DNA from: Octopus sinensis
Taxonomy: Eukaryota
DNA: 64,000 nucleotides
NCBI RefSeq assembly: GCF_006345805.1
Contig: NC_043001.1
Coordinates: 75,826,001 to 75,890,000, forward strand
Reading direction: 5' to 3'
Below, piece after piece: positions 12,991 to 25,821 of this stretch (positions within the stretch are counted from its first letter, which is position 1; every line of letters begins with the position of its first letter). A program made the position numbers and the translations under genes. The notes beneath the pieces were generated by a model, which searched no databases, was not told where the DNA came from, and was given only the letters and a program-made list of their open reading frames with translations.

Positions 12991-14383
12991 TATATATATA
13001 GGAAATATTGCAACAATGTAATACTTTTCATTTTTGGCAAACACACGCCTATATGTATATTCTCTTTCCACAAATATTTAGCAGCATCTTGAAGATACCA
13101 AACAACTAAAGACAAAACAAAATTACATCATGGATTTGGAAATAGAAAAACAATTTTATTGTACTACAAAATATTATCAACAATGTGGTGATACTCAGCA
13201 AATAGCTTTACTCCTCATCCCTGCCACACCCTAAAAATGAGACTTTTAGTAGATAAAAATGTTTGGATATAAATCGAAGAGCCTCACGCAGGAGTCATAT
13301 GTGACCAGTAAGACATTCCGTCGTTAGGCGAGAGTAGCCAAATAAAAAATAAACAATGTATAATAGAATTTATATTTTTATTTATTTTTCTCTGGCGTTA
13401 TTTCCTATTTGCTTCTATCTACAGGTCAAAGGAAATTACTACTATTCCCTTCAAATTTTGCCTTTGTAATCTGGACATCAATCTTTTGAAACTGACTTAT
13501 TTACCATTAAATTTAAGACAGATTCAGTGCTGAGTTGCTGAACTAGAAATATCAGCATAGCAAACATTCTGATCGATGCTACAGATTCGCTTGTCAGACG
13601 CTTGACCATAACCATTTGCGCATGCACTTTAGTAGCTGACAATATGTGCCTCTATGATCATGAGCAGGAGCAGTGGGGGCGCATCATAGCCATGTGTTGA
13701 AAGTGATTCTTTGGAGTTTGAATAAATGCAACAAAAGCAAAGTTTGAAGAAAATATTAGCCATTTTTCATAAGTTTTAGAGGTAAGCAAATAGAAAATAA
13801 CAGTTGTTGTCAAGGGGAAAAATTGTGTTACACAGTGTAATTATTCCTATTACAAGCAAAGATCCGAAATTTCAGCGAAAATCAACCACAAGTCTACAGA
13901 AACATGAAAGTACAATCGATAAAAATAACAATTTACCAAGGTGCACTGTGGCTAGAAGAAATCCGAATGAAGTAGCGACACCGCGTTGTAGCAAATATAT
14001 ATACGAATATACAAACACTAACGATGGTGATATATTTGATATTGTGATAGAATAAAACATCAAAATGTGAGGGCTCCAGCAAGAGGTAACTTCTGGTACA
14101 AATAAATTAACATGCATTGAGTTATGCAATCACCGTGTAGAAGCAAATTTTCTGAATGGATATAAATATACCAAGCTGGTATATTTATGAATCAAGTCTG
14201 GTCTATTTATATTCTAGCATCAAATCTGAAACCTGAAAAAAAAAAACGAATCGCATGACAGAGAAATAGAGGCCAATATAATTTTATTTATATGTGTGTG
14301 TGCGTCTGTATGTGTGACCGCGTGTATATCATTGATGATTTTCTTTCTCCGTCTTCCCTTCCTTGGACCTTTCCTTTTTCTAT

Positions 14384-14418
14384 GTTTCTGACGAAGAGCT
14401 CCGCTCGAAACGTTAAAT
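14384..14418 (+). ncRNA. Minimal type I hammerhead ribozyme (Penelope-type)
   Basis: GUUU-CUGACGA-A-GAGC(UCC)GCUC-GAAACGUU/AAAU. Palindromic ACGU stem III; embedded in a pyrimidine-rich repeat (about 14320-14510). Confidence 0.65.
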
Positions 14419-14885
14419 CCTCCTTTCTTTCCTTTCCTGAACCTCCAATAACTCTATACTTGTTCCACGTCCTCGCGTTGTTGTGTTTTCTCTTTGTTCA
14501 TGTTTGTATTAACTATATATATATATTATATATATATATATATTTATAAGCTGCTATCTGAACTCATTTCTGCTTTCAGCATAGAGTATCTTTTATTTGT
14601 TATCTTTTACTAGTTCTAATCATTGGATTGCGAGTGTGCTGGAGCACAGCTTCAAGGATTTAGTCGATTGCCCTCATTACTTATTTTAAGGTCTAGCTAG
14701 GACGTAAACAAAGTCACGCGGGTTGTCCAACGATGTTGAGGAAACAAACTAAAGAACGCAAATACATAAATACAAACACACACACACACGTGCATGCCAG
14801 TTTGCGCGCGCGCTTATGTGTGTGTGCGTGTGAGTGTGTGTATGTATGTGAGAGAGAGAGAGAGTGTGTGTGTGTACGTATATAT

Positions 14886-14935
<50 letters not shown>

Positions 14936-15085
14936 CTTGTATATAAGTATCTGAAGAAAGCCATGCAGGAAATAGGCACTCAAGTTCAAGATGACTGTTT
15001 TTTTATAAGAAACCGAAAGTTGAATCCTTCAGTCAGTGGGGATTTGCCCAGTACTCGCCGCCCACTCAGGACATGCACGCAGAAG

Positions 15086-15245
15086 CTTGAGATACCTGCT
15101 GAGACATCAGCCGACAGTACAAAAGGGTTTCCAGCATTGCAATGGATCTAGAAGAGCTTGCAAACCACTAAGTGGCCCTGCAGTTTCTGCTTGGGAAAAA
15201 AAATCTCTGATGTTTATTTTTCCTATATATCTATACCTATATCTG

Positions 15246-15297
<52 letters not shown>

Positions 15298-15313
15298 CTC
15301 TCTCTCTCTCTCT

Positions 15314-15368
<55 letters not shown>

Positions 15369-15541
15369 CCCTTACCTCCTTGGAGGTTTTCGGTAAAAAT
15401 ATACTAGTGTGTCTATCTGTTTTAATTTAGTTTAATTATATTTCTTCATACAGCTGATGGTTGCTCTACATTAAAATTGATGTAATGCTTGGATTGTTCA
15501 ATTAAATGCATTAGCTCTGGATATCCTTGTTGCTTATATTG

Positions 15542-15624
<83 letters not shown>

Positions 15625-16020
15625 CATATGGTATAATTATAAACAGGGCAAATTTCAGTCATTTCTCCGCAGACTGAAAAAATGTTGAACAACCTTAATC
15701 GATTTTCGAACATTATTGGGCCCTCATCAAAGGCATCTACATCATTCTGACAGTCCCCAGAGAAAAAGCAGCCAAAGTGTTTATATGCTCAACAAATGCA
15801 GCAGTTACTCTATGAAGGAGTCCCTAATATATATATATAGATATAGATATAGTCAATCTTGAGATATCTGCTGAGACATTAGCAGGCGATACAGGAAGGT
15901 TTCCAGCATTGCAATGGATCTAGAAGAGCTTGCAAACCTCTTAGTGGCTCCTGCTATGTTTCTGCGTGGGAAAAAGCATCTTTGATGTTTATTTTTCCTA
16001 TATATCTATATCTATCTGTG
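15086..16020 (+). repeat. Diverged direct duplication of about 160 bp (15086-15245 and 15858-16020)
   Basis: Both copies read cttgagata(c/t)ctgctgagaca...gtttccagcattgcaatggatctagaagagcttgcaaac...tgatgtttatttttcctatatatc. Confidence 0.85.
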
Positions 16021-16234
16021 TATTTATATATATATTGTTTCGACAAAGTTTTTTACACAATTTCTTAAAAGCGCTCAGGTCGAACCCGAAGCGCTAGACA
16101 TTATATAAGTTGATTTAAGAAGAAACAAAATTTAGATAAAATCCTTTAGTTATGATTTACATCAACATAATAAACACATATAACACAATAAATACACCAA
16201 GACAAGGAACATATCAATATAGTATTTAAAATAG

Positions 16235-17485
16235 AAATAAGAATTACATGATGCAAAAATATATGTGAAAATGATAAAGAGTGATACATCGATTAAAAAT
16301 CACATTAGATGTTTTTTAAATTGTTGAATTATAAATTAAAAGTTGTAAGATATATCGACAGCAGTGAGAAATCTTAATGTTAATTTAAAAATTAGAGAAA
16401 TAATAAGGATAAATTTGTTTTAAGAGTTCTAAACAAATGTTTATAGACGGTTATAGTATCATATAAGATGTATTTCGACGGCCGTTTCTGGAATCCATTG
16501 TCTACAAGGTATGAATCCTTTAATTTCGCACTGACAATGTCCTCTTCATCAGGAAATAGGGAAATAGATAGCAAGGTTCGAAGAAATATAAGAAAAAGGA
16601 AAATTTAAGGCTACATTATGTTGGTCGTCAGCTACTGCGTCAGATGCTGACCACTTTTACAATGATTCACGTTTATATATTTAACGAAATTTTAATGTAG
16701 GATGATGGGAGACCAAAAAATTTTGGGTGGTTAGACAAGATGGAAAAAAGATTTTTTAAAAAGATTTCGCGTAATAATGAATTACTAACAGAGGAAGAAA
16801 CAGGGCTGCTTAATACTTCATTCCCTATATTGCGTCTTATGGGATTTCATGAAGGATGAGTAAAATTTATGAGTACATGAATGAACGGTATCAGAGAATT
16901 TAATATGCTCAAATTGCCAGTGTGAAACTAAAGGATTCATACCTTGTAGACAAATAGACTCCAGAAGTGGCCGTCGAAACATATCTTATATGGTGCTATA
17001 AATAAAAAATAAATGCGCCCTTTTAAAACCTAGCCAGGCTCATGGGCCCGGTTTCCCGGTTTCTATGGCATATGTGTTCCTCAGCTGGACGGGACGCCAG
17101 TCTATCGCAGCGTTACTAATTTTTGCCAGCTGAGTGCACTGGAGCAACGTGAAATGAAGTGTTTTGCACATGAACACAACGCGTCACTCGGTCCAGGAAT
17201 CGAAACCACAATCTCATGAACATGATACTGGCACCTTAACCACTAAGCCACACGCCTCCACATATGATGTTATAACCCTCTATAAACATTTGCTTAGAAC
17301 TCTTAAAACAAATTTATCCTTATTATTTCTCTAATTTTTAAATCAATATTAAGATTTCTCACTACCGTCGATATATCTTACAACTTTTAATTCTTAATTC
17401 AACATTTTTTAAAAACATTAAATATGATTTTTTAATGATTTTTTTATCCTTTACACGTATATTTTTACCTCAGGTATTTTTATTT
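16235..17485. repeat. Old inverted repeat (arms about 16235-16540 and 16912-17485) with a SINE inserted in the right arm
   Basis: For example ataaggataaatttgttttaagagttcta versus tagaactcttaaaacaaatttatccttat; substitution-rich divergence. Confidence 0.85.
17002..17261 (-). mobile_element. tRNA-derived SINE (family C-related, 'gatggactggcgtcccgtccag' domain) with 14-bp TSD
   Basis: TSD atatggtgctataa (16988-17001) and atatgatgttataa (17262-17275). Homologous to 30900-31187 and 51625-51825. Confidence 0.9.
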
Positions 17486-17665
17486 GCTGCGTGGTAAGCT
17501 ATTTAAGAAACAGAAAAACCGTTAGACTCACTTTACAGCTGTTTGTCAGTGAGCAGATCGCGGTCTCAAAGCGACGAAAATATTTTGGCAAATTAAATTT
17601 AAATGAAGTGAATCTAACGGTTTTTGTGAGTTTCTCAAATGGCTTATAAATACCTTCCACGCTGC
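17485..17665. mobile_element. Fold-back MITE-like element
   Basis: gcgtggtaagctatttaag...aaaaaccgttagactcact mirrored by agtgaatctaacggttttt...cttataaataccttccacgc. Confidence 0.65.
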
Positions 17666-17873
17666 AATTGTTTTCGTTCCAGCATACGATCTCATATCAG
17701 GTCACTTGCTATGCAAGTACATCTCCGTAATATATTTTTTATGTCTATTCTAAATAATATATTGATATGTTCCTTGTCTTGGTGCATTTATTGTGATATA
17801 TGTATTTATTATGCTGATAAAAATCATAACTATAGGAATTATCTAATTTATGTATATATAAATTTATATATAT

Positions 17874-17916
<43 letters not shown>

Positions 17917-18265
17917 ATATATATCTATATATATATATAACAGATATATAATATATATATACACATATATATATTGAGGTGAGAGGTGTGTGTATGTATG
18001 TGTGTGTTTATACATAACAGTATTTCTCTGTCTACCTAACTAACTATCCGTATATACATTTATCTGACTATCTCTCTATCACCTTGATTTCATCCTGAAG
18101 CAAATTCTTTCAATGCAAGCTATTATCGCGTAAAGCTCACCCCTATAACATCCATCTCCAACAAACTCTTCTTCTCTTCCTCTCTCTCAACATTCTCTTT
18201 TTTATACACACATTGTTATATGTATTATATGCATACATACATACATACATACATACATACATACA

Positions 18266-18316
<51 letters not shown>

Positions 18317-18645
18317 GGGATAAATTTTTCTCTGTGTATGTGCAGGAAGTTTTGTGTGTCTGAGATTTCATTTCTGTTCATGTACGTTGTTGTTGATTTT
18401 TATATTTCAACTTTTATTTATAACCGGATTCATTAAAATTGCTTGTCGGTGTATCGCTTCATCTCTTATTTCCCTCTATCTGATTATAAATACACATACA
18501 TGCGCGCGAACCAAATCGCAAACACACATACACGCACAAGCACTTGTAAAAGTATATGTGTACGTGTGCTGTTTGCTTGTGTGTGTATGTGTAGGCGTAT
18601 ATATATATATATGTATATGTATGTGTGCACTTGTGTGCGTACATT

Positions 18646-18686
<41 letters not shown>

Positions 18687-19020
18687 GTATTTATGTATAT
18701 ATACGAGCATATATGTATGTATATATATATATATATTAGTTTATGCGTGCATATTAATATATATATATATATAATATATACATTTATATAGCATATACAG
18801 ATACATATATGCATGTATATATATGTATATGTATATATATACACTATATAGTGTATTTATATATATATATGTGAGTGTGTAAATATACATTTGAATGTAC
18901 ACTCACACATATGCACACACACATATACATACATATATTATATATAATATATATAATATATAATATATATTATATATGTATATACATATACATATATATA
19001 TATATAGATAATATATATAT

Positions 19021-19055
<35 letters not shown>

Positions 19056-19223
19056 CTATAGATATATAATATATATGTATATCCATTTGTATCTATGTAT
19101 TTGTATTGGCCACTGGAAAGGCTCTCTAACTCAGTCAGACTGACAGCTTACTAAAACTACCTATCTTAGTTTGAATATGTATAAGCGTATACACACACAC
19201 GTACACATGCACACCCACTTGTA

Positions 19224-19290
<67 letters not shown>

Positions 19291-19639
19291 GTGTGTGGTT
19301 GTCTGTGTGTGGTGTGAGAGAAAGAGAGAGAGAAAGACTGACAGACAGATACATACATACATACATACTTACACATATACATATAAATATACATGCATAT
19401 ATAATAGAAATACAAACATTTAAAACTACAAGGATATGGAATAACAGGCCAGACAATTAACAGGTACTTGCGAATCGACGATGGCCAGGTAAAGCAACGT
19501 CGGCTCCTCCCGGCATTCTTCGACTGAACAATAGGAACGGAATGTGAAATTTAGGGAACGGGACGGACGTGAAGCGAGGAGGCAAACAGCTTACACACGG
19601 ACGCACATACACACACACGCAGGCACATACATATATATA

Positions 19640-19840
19640 CATACGCTAGACATGCATGCGCGCATTCATATATATATATATATGTATATATGTGAGTGTG
19701 TGTGTGTGTATGTATGCATGTATATATATATGTGTGTGCGAATGTACGTTTTTATATCTTTTATTTATATATAGGTATACAAATATGAGTATATACATAC
19801 ATATAAACAAATGTATACATACACGCACGGACAAACGCGC

Positions 19841-19921
<81 letters not shown>

Positions 19922-20354
19922 GTGTGTTTGTATGTATGTACATTATTCTTTTTATGGTGATAGCGATGTATAGAAAGAGTAGAGGGGTGTACAAAAGATG
20001 GAGTCTACTCTGGTGGTATTTCAGTAGAGGACAACAAGGGCGAAGAAGAGTTGAGACATACAGTGCAGTATTTACCTGTTCCCTTGAGTGGTCATAGAGA
20101 TCTATAGCAAGTGTATCACCTTTATAACTACATGTACTTAGATACACATAATTACAGAGACCTAGATATACATTCACACATACACACACGCACACACAAA
20201 TACAACCACACACACACACATACACACACATATATATATATATTTACATTTACATATATATATGTATATACACACACACACGTATATATATATACCTACA
20301 TATAGTGAAACACTAATTGACACCACGTACATACGCTAAACATGCATGCGCGCA

Positions 20355-20397
<43 letters not shown>

Positions 20398-20543
20398 GTG
20401 AGTGCGTGTGTGTGTATGTATGCATGTATATGTGTGTGCGAATGTACGTTTTTATATCTTTTATTTATATATAGGTATACAAATATGAGTATATACATAC
20501 ATATAAACAAATGTATACATACACGCACCGTCAAACGTGAATT

Positions 20544-20545
<2 letters not shown>
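19640..20545 (+). repeat. Direct duplication of about 210 bp at 690-bp spacing
   Basis: catacgcta(g/a)acatgcatgcgcgcattc...gcgaatgtacgtttttatatcttttattt...catacacgcac at 19640 and 20330. Confidence 0.85.
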
Positions 20546-20583
<38 letters not shown>

Positions 20584-20846
20584 AAGAGAGACAGAGAGAC
20601 AGAGAGAGATACATACATATATGTATGTGCGCGTGTGTGCATGTGTGTGTACGCGCGTGTATGTGTGTGTGTGCGCGCGGGCGTGTAGGTACGTATACAA
20701 GAATATGTATATACGAACAACATGGACACACATTCGCACATATTCATATACATTCATACTTCAGAAATAAATTTAGGGAAAAATATCCCGATAAATTTGC
20801 ACAAAATATGGGCAAAACTGATTTTCTTCGATGAAAAATTATATAA

Positions 20847-20889
<43 letters not shown>

Positions 20890-20891
<2 letters not shown>

Positions 20892-22111
20892 GGGGTTGGA
20901 CAAAATGATGGAAACACCTTAAAATTTCAAACAAATTTACTTTTAACATGGGGTAGGGCCGCCTTTGGTAGTAATTACAGCTTGAATTCTTTGAGATATG
21001 GACTTGTACAAAGTTTGAATTGTTTCCAAATGTATTTTTGTCCATTCTTCCGCTAAAACAGTCTCCAGTTCTTGTAGTGATGATGGTGGTGGAGGATATC
21101 GACTCCTTACTTGTTTTTCTAAAATGCACCAAAAATATTCAATAATGTTTAGATCTGGGGACTGTGGTGGCCAGAAGAGATGTTCAGCTTCACTAGAATG
21201 TTACTCGTGCCATTCAGTAACAACTTTAGCTGAATTGGTGCATTATGATGGCGTTTCCCTTCGGAAACAGTTCCGCAACCATAGGAAGAATTTGATCAGA
21301 TAATTGTCTAAATAGTCTTGGCTATTAATTCTGCCATGAAGGGAAACCATTGGGTCGGCGGATTTCCAAGATATACCCCCCACCACCACCACGAGATTAT
21401 CACACATCCTCCGCCATGTTTAACAGTTGGAAGAAGGCAGTTTGGGTCAAATGCTTCTTTTGGCTGTCTCCACACATATACTCGGCCGGTGATTGAAAAT
21501 AAGGCAAAAGATGACTCGTCCGACAAAATAACACTCTTCCACTGCTCTACGGACCAATTCTTTAGGTTTTTACTCCACTTTAAACGCTTTGCGACGTTTG
21601 TGTTTCAAAGTAGTGGCTTTCCGATTGAAGCCCTCCCGTGAAATCCGGCTTTGTGCAGCTCCCGGCGAACAGTTTTTGTGAAAACTAGGTTCTCGTGGTG
21701 GTCATTAAGCTTTGCAGTAATTTTGGGAGCTGTATTTTTGTGATCCTTTCTAACAATTCACTTAAGCGTCCGAAGTTTTGGTTTTCTTCCGGAGTATTGT
21801 TTCGTCGAAAAGGTTTTTCCCTCTTTCTCAAAGGCTGTCATTACTTTCCAGACAGTATTTCTTGATACACCAAACGTTACTAGCACCAACAATTTGACCT
21901 CTTTGAAAGTCCGATAGATGTGTCATTTTAATGAATTTTAATTACCTTTTTCTGATGATATCTGAAAAGAAACAGCAATGTTAACAAAACATTAAGCAAC
22001 ACTAATAATAAATTAAAAACATAAAAATATACAAGCTTCTGACGATTTTATAGATATTTCAAATTATGATGCTATGATACTAGGTGTTTCCATTATTTTG
22101 TCCAACCTCTG
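20890..22111 (-). mobile_element. Near full-length degenerate Tc1-like element
   Basis: 30-bp TIRs cag(g/a)ggttggacaaaat(g/a)atggaaacacct. Minus-strand motifs MTHLSDFQRGQIVGA, SGRKPKL, MSDESSF, TVKHGGG and WPPQSPDLNIIE between about 21926 and 20943, with frameshifts. Confidence 0.92.
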
Positions 22112-22122
22112 TATATATATGC

Positions 22123-22400
22123 TTTCAGTGCGAATGTTTTTTTTTATACGGTGCCGTTTTTACAATCCTGTAAATAATAATAATGGCATTTTTATATAAG
22201 CTTAAAGCATATGGCGGTCACCGTGCAATAGGAAAGCCTTCTTTTTTCTGTCGAGCGCTTATATGCCCCTTTATTCGACTAATTTCCTTAGTCATTGCAC
22301 AGTGATCGCCATAAGCTTTAAGCTTATATAAAAATACTATTATTATTATTTCCAGGTTTGTAAAAACGGCGCCGTATTAAAAAACCATTCACACCGAAAA
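22123..22400. repeat. 5'-truncated SINE copy capped by an inverted copy of its own 3' region
   Basis: Arms 22123-22229 and 22294-22400. The loop is the SINE body also found at 22550-22610. Confidence 0.8.
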
Positions 22401-22483
22401 AATATAGAAATTTTGTTTACATATATAAAAAACAAACACCAACTATTATAGTTCTTAAATTTAACAGGAAAGGGTAGGCTGAT

Positions 22484-22658
22484 TCGCTGGTGTAAAGGTA
22501 GCACACTAAGTCACGTTAACAAAGGGATGTGGGTTCAACTTCCACGCGGATAGGAAAGGCTTCTTTTTTCTGTCGAACGCTTATATGCCCCTTTATTAAA
22601 CACTTTTCCTTAGTCATTGCACGGTGATCGCCATAAGCATTAAGCTTATATAAAATTC
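22484..22658 (+). mobile_element. tRNA-headed SINE, family D
   Basis: D-arm gtgt(aaaggta)gcac and T-arm gtggg(ttcaact)tccac, then body ataggaaaggcttc...cataagcattaagcttatataaaa shared with 22228-22335. Confidence 0.65.
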
Positions 22659-22779
22659 CCCTATATATTGGCCTATTCGCTTAGCCAGCGGGGTGGCGTC
22701 GTTCGAAGGCTAAAACAATGCGAACGCATTGTGACCAAAGATGTGTAGCAACATCTGATGGTCTGGTCGGTCACGTGAT

Positions 22780-22824
<45 letters not shown>

Positions 22825-22851
22825 TACAGCCCTGATGCAAAGATGCGTCTC

Positions 22852-22886
<35 letters not shown>

Positions 22887-22887
<1 letters not shown>

Positions 22888-23100
22888 GAGAGGGTGCTGT
22901 AAAGTTCCTGGTTTTAAAGGTATCACAAAAGGCCTGGTTGGAGGCCCAATCCTCAGAGTTCTTTTACAGGTGTTAGAAAAACTTGAAGATCGCTCCAAGG
23001 AGTGTGTGAATCTGAGAGGGGATTATGTTGAATAAAATCATAATTAACTGATCCTCCTAAATTTTCTTTTGCCCAAAGCCAGGAACTTTTCTACGCCCCT
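22887..23100 (+). mobile_element. Mariner deletion derivative of about 215 bp retaining the transposase C-terminus
   Basis: TIRs ...ctgtaaagttcctggtttt / aaagccaggaacttttctacgcccct; peptide ...KECVNLRGDYVE*. Confidence 0.75.
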
Positions 23101-23169
23101 GCCTCCATAGCTCAGTGGTTAGAGAACAGGTCTTGTAACCCAGGGATCGTGCGATCCTCCCTGGGGGCT
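23101..23169 (+). pseudogene. tRNA-Thr(UGU) pseudogene
   Basis: gcctccatagctcagtggttagag...ggtcTTGTAAcccagggatcgtgcgatcctccctgggggct. 7-bp acceptor stem, mismatched anticodon stem, about 4 nt deleted from the T-loop/B-box. Confidence 0.8.
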
Positions 23170-23247
23170 GCCACATGACATATTTCGCTTATACATACAT
23201 ATATATTTGTATACATGCATATATATATATATAATATATTATATATA

Positions 23248-23303
<56 letters not shown>

Positions 23304-23908
23304 ATACGCACAGACACACGCATATATATATATATATATATACACATACATACATTCATACCATACGTAAGTCCGTATACACCTATATATAGATTTACAT
23401 ATTTATATACAAATACATATATATATATATAAGACACCACTCTTTGTCTCTTGTCATAAACGCATATACATATTGTATCTAACGAAAGCAAAAACAATGG
23501 TACGAATTGATGAGTAAAAAGTAAGGAATTTAATGATCGGAAGACCTGATTCACAAATATTTTGCATATACATTCGAACTTCTTAATCAGTGTGTGAATA
23601 ATAACTCTCATAAAATAAATGGAAAAAGAAAAAATATAAACGGTAGAGTGCAGGAAAATTGTTTGGCGGATAATGTCGCGCCATTCTTAGATAATATCAG
23701 ATAGAAAACTGATGGAGACAGGTATAGTTAAGCGGTGTCTTCAAAACTATAAAGTAAGTTAGTATGAAATGATGGTGTCCAGCATTAAGTAGATAATATA
23801 ATGTAAAAGATGAAAGGGAAATGGAGAGGTGGCTAGGAAAGTGTTCTAATCAAATTCAAGTAACCACAAAAAGATGATATGATAACATTTCTCAGCTGCT
23901 GATATATA

Positions 23909-24775
23909 CGAGGTTGAGTCAAAAATTATACGCACTCTTGTTTTTTCAATGTATTTACACAAAAGCAGGGATAAAGAAGTACGTCATTTTTCTATGGAGC
24001 CGCCTTTCTTTTCGATGCACTTGATCCAGCAGTCCACAACTTGCGTATTCCCTTCTAGAAGGTTTTCGTTTGGTCGTGCAACCATTTATGCACCGTTTCC
24101 TTCACGTCTTCATCCGTACGAAATCGACGACCTCGTAAACAATCTTTGCACAGTCCAAAGATATGATAGTCGGTAAGATCGAGATATGGGCTGCAAGCAG
24201 AGTGTTACAGCACCTCAAAACCCGATTGGTTAACGGTTTCAGTGGTCTCAGCGACCCTGTGTGGGTCTCTTGTCCACCTGACAGCATGGGCACGGGTGTT
24301 GTCGTGTTGGAACACATGGTTCCAATGACGGGCAAAGTATGATACATTGTGAAGCCTCAACACTTGGTCGATGTAGCGGTTACTCCATAGCCCCGGCTTT
24401 CACCGATGTTTTGAAAGACCACCAATCCAAGCTTTTGGTTGAGTGCAAACCCACCCCATATCATGATGCTATGTCCTTCCCATGAGTCTCTCTCCACCAC
24501 ACAGCCATCGGCATAACGTTCACCCTTTCTTCTCCAAACTTAGCTCTGCTATCTGCCACAGAAATGCAATATCGACTTTCGTCAGAGAAGACTACATTCA
24601 TCCATAGCTGATATCGCCAGTTCTGACGTTTTGAGCCCACTGCAGACGTGCCCGTTGATGACCATCTGTGAGGACGTCGACATGACAGATTGAAAGTTCT
24701 CAGCCGGCGGCAAACTGTCTCTGCACGAATGGGTCGGTTATAAGTCCCTATGGTCTGCCTAACTTATTCCGTTAC
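23909..24775 (-). mobile_element. Chimeric remnant: Tc1-like 5' part (24265-24775) fused to mariner 3' part and TIR (23909-24264)
   Basis: Minus strand: RRLRTFNLSCRRP, VVFSDESRYC, IMIWGG, FQHDNTRAHAVRWTRD | PHRVAETTETVNQSGFEVL*HSACSPYLDLTDYHIFG...RGRRFRTDEDVKE...; TA-cgaggttgagtcaaaa end. Confidence 0.85.
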
Positions 24776-24824
24776 ACCCTATCAAGTAATCTACAACGAT
24801 GCCTCCACATACGTTGGTTTTAAT

Positions 24825-25030
24825 TTTCGGCACAAGACCAGCAGTTCCAGAGTGGATAAAGTCGATTACATGGACACTCTAGTGCTCAACTAGTACTTAT
24901 TTTACGGATCTCGAAAGGATGACAGGCAAAGTCGACCTAGGCGAAATTTGAACTCAGAACGTAAAGACGGACGAAATGCAGCTAAGCATTTTGCCTGACA
25001 TGCTAACGATTCTGCTCGCTCGCCGCCTTA
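24825..25030 (-). mobile_element. SINE family B
   Basis: Reverse complement of the family B head and body (…gctaacgattctgctcgctcgccgcc). Confidence 0.8.
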
Positions 25031-25766
25031 TGATTTTACATATATGAGATACAGACTTACCTCCACACATTTTTCAACTTAACATACATTCTCTTTCTTT
25101 GTGGACCTTAACCTAAGTTGGAATACCCTGCATAACGCCGGTTCCAGTGAACGTAGTTTAAAAGAACTAAAAATCAATGCAGATGTGGCAAATTTACAAA
25201 AAACATGTGGAAATACAGACAAATCATTTGTAAAAACAAAGCAGTAATAAAGTTGGGATTGTTTTTGTTTTTGCTCTTGCGTGTTGCGTCGTTTCCCGAG
25301 TTCCGTTGCATATCTTGGAAACAATTTGTCTATTTATGTCTTTTTGTCTGTCCGTCTGTCTGTCTATCTATTTATCTACCTTTCTATCATCAGTTTTATA
25401 TTTTTACTTAGTTTTTTAATGCGTTATCAAATTAATATGTTAATAAAACCCTAATGTTGCTTTCATGCGGTTAGCATCATCTCTAAATTATTTAATGAAA
25501 TTAATTGTGAAAGTCTTTATTTTTTCCCAGAACTGATACTCTTTCATTACCCTCATAGTAGATAACAAGAAAACAATTATAAAGTTTACATATTATGCAC
25601 ATTGCCAGGAAGTCATGAAAAGCTGTTATAGACTATGTGTATGTGTGTTTGTGTGTGATTGTGTGCAGGTATAATGGTATATATATGCTCCTCTAAGTGT
25701 GTATATATATATATTACATATATTATATGCGTAATATATATATATGACCATGTATACAATATAGAA

Positions 25767-25814
<48 letters not shown>

Positions 25815-25821
25815 CAGTTAT

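Noticed and set aside
13804-14200. Possible GIY-YIG C-terminal remnant (SKYIYE...DI)
   Set aside because: Similarity limited to a few residues; not supportable without a profile search.
17474-17493. AG/GT-bounded 20-nt micro-exon
   Set aside because: Lies at the junction of two repeat elements.
19433-19488. Protein-like frame GYGITGQTINRYLRIDDGQ ending at CAG|gtaaag
   Set aside because: Poor acceptor with no pyrimidine tract and phase does not fit the exon chain; may be a LINE RT relic (KL..YGI.G).
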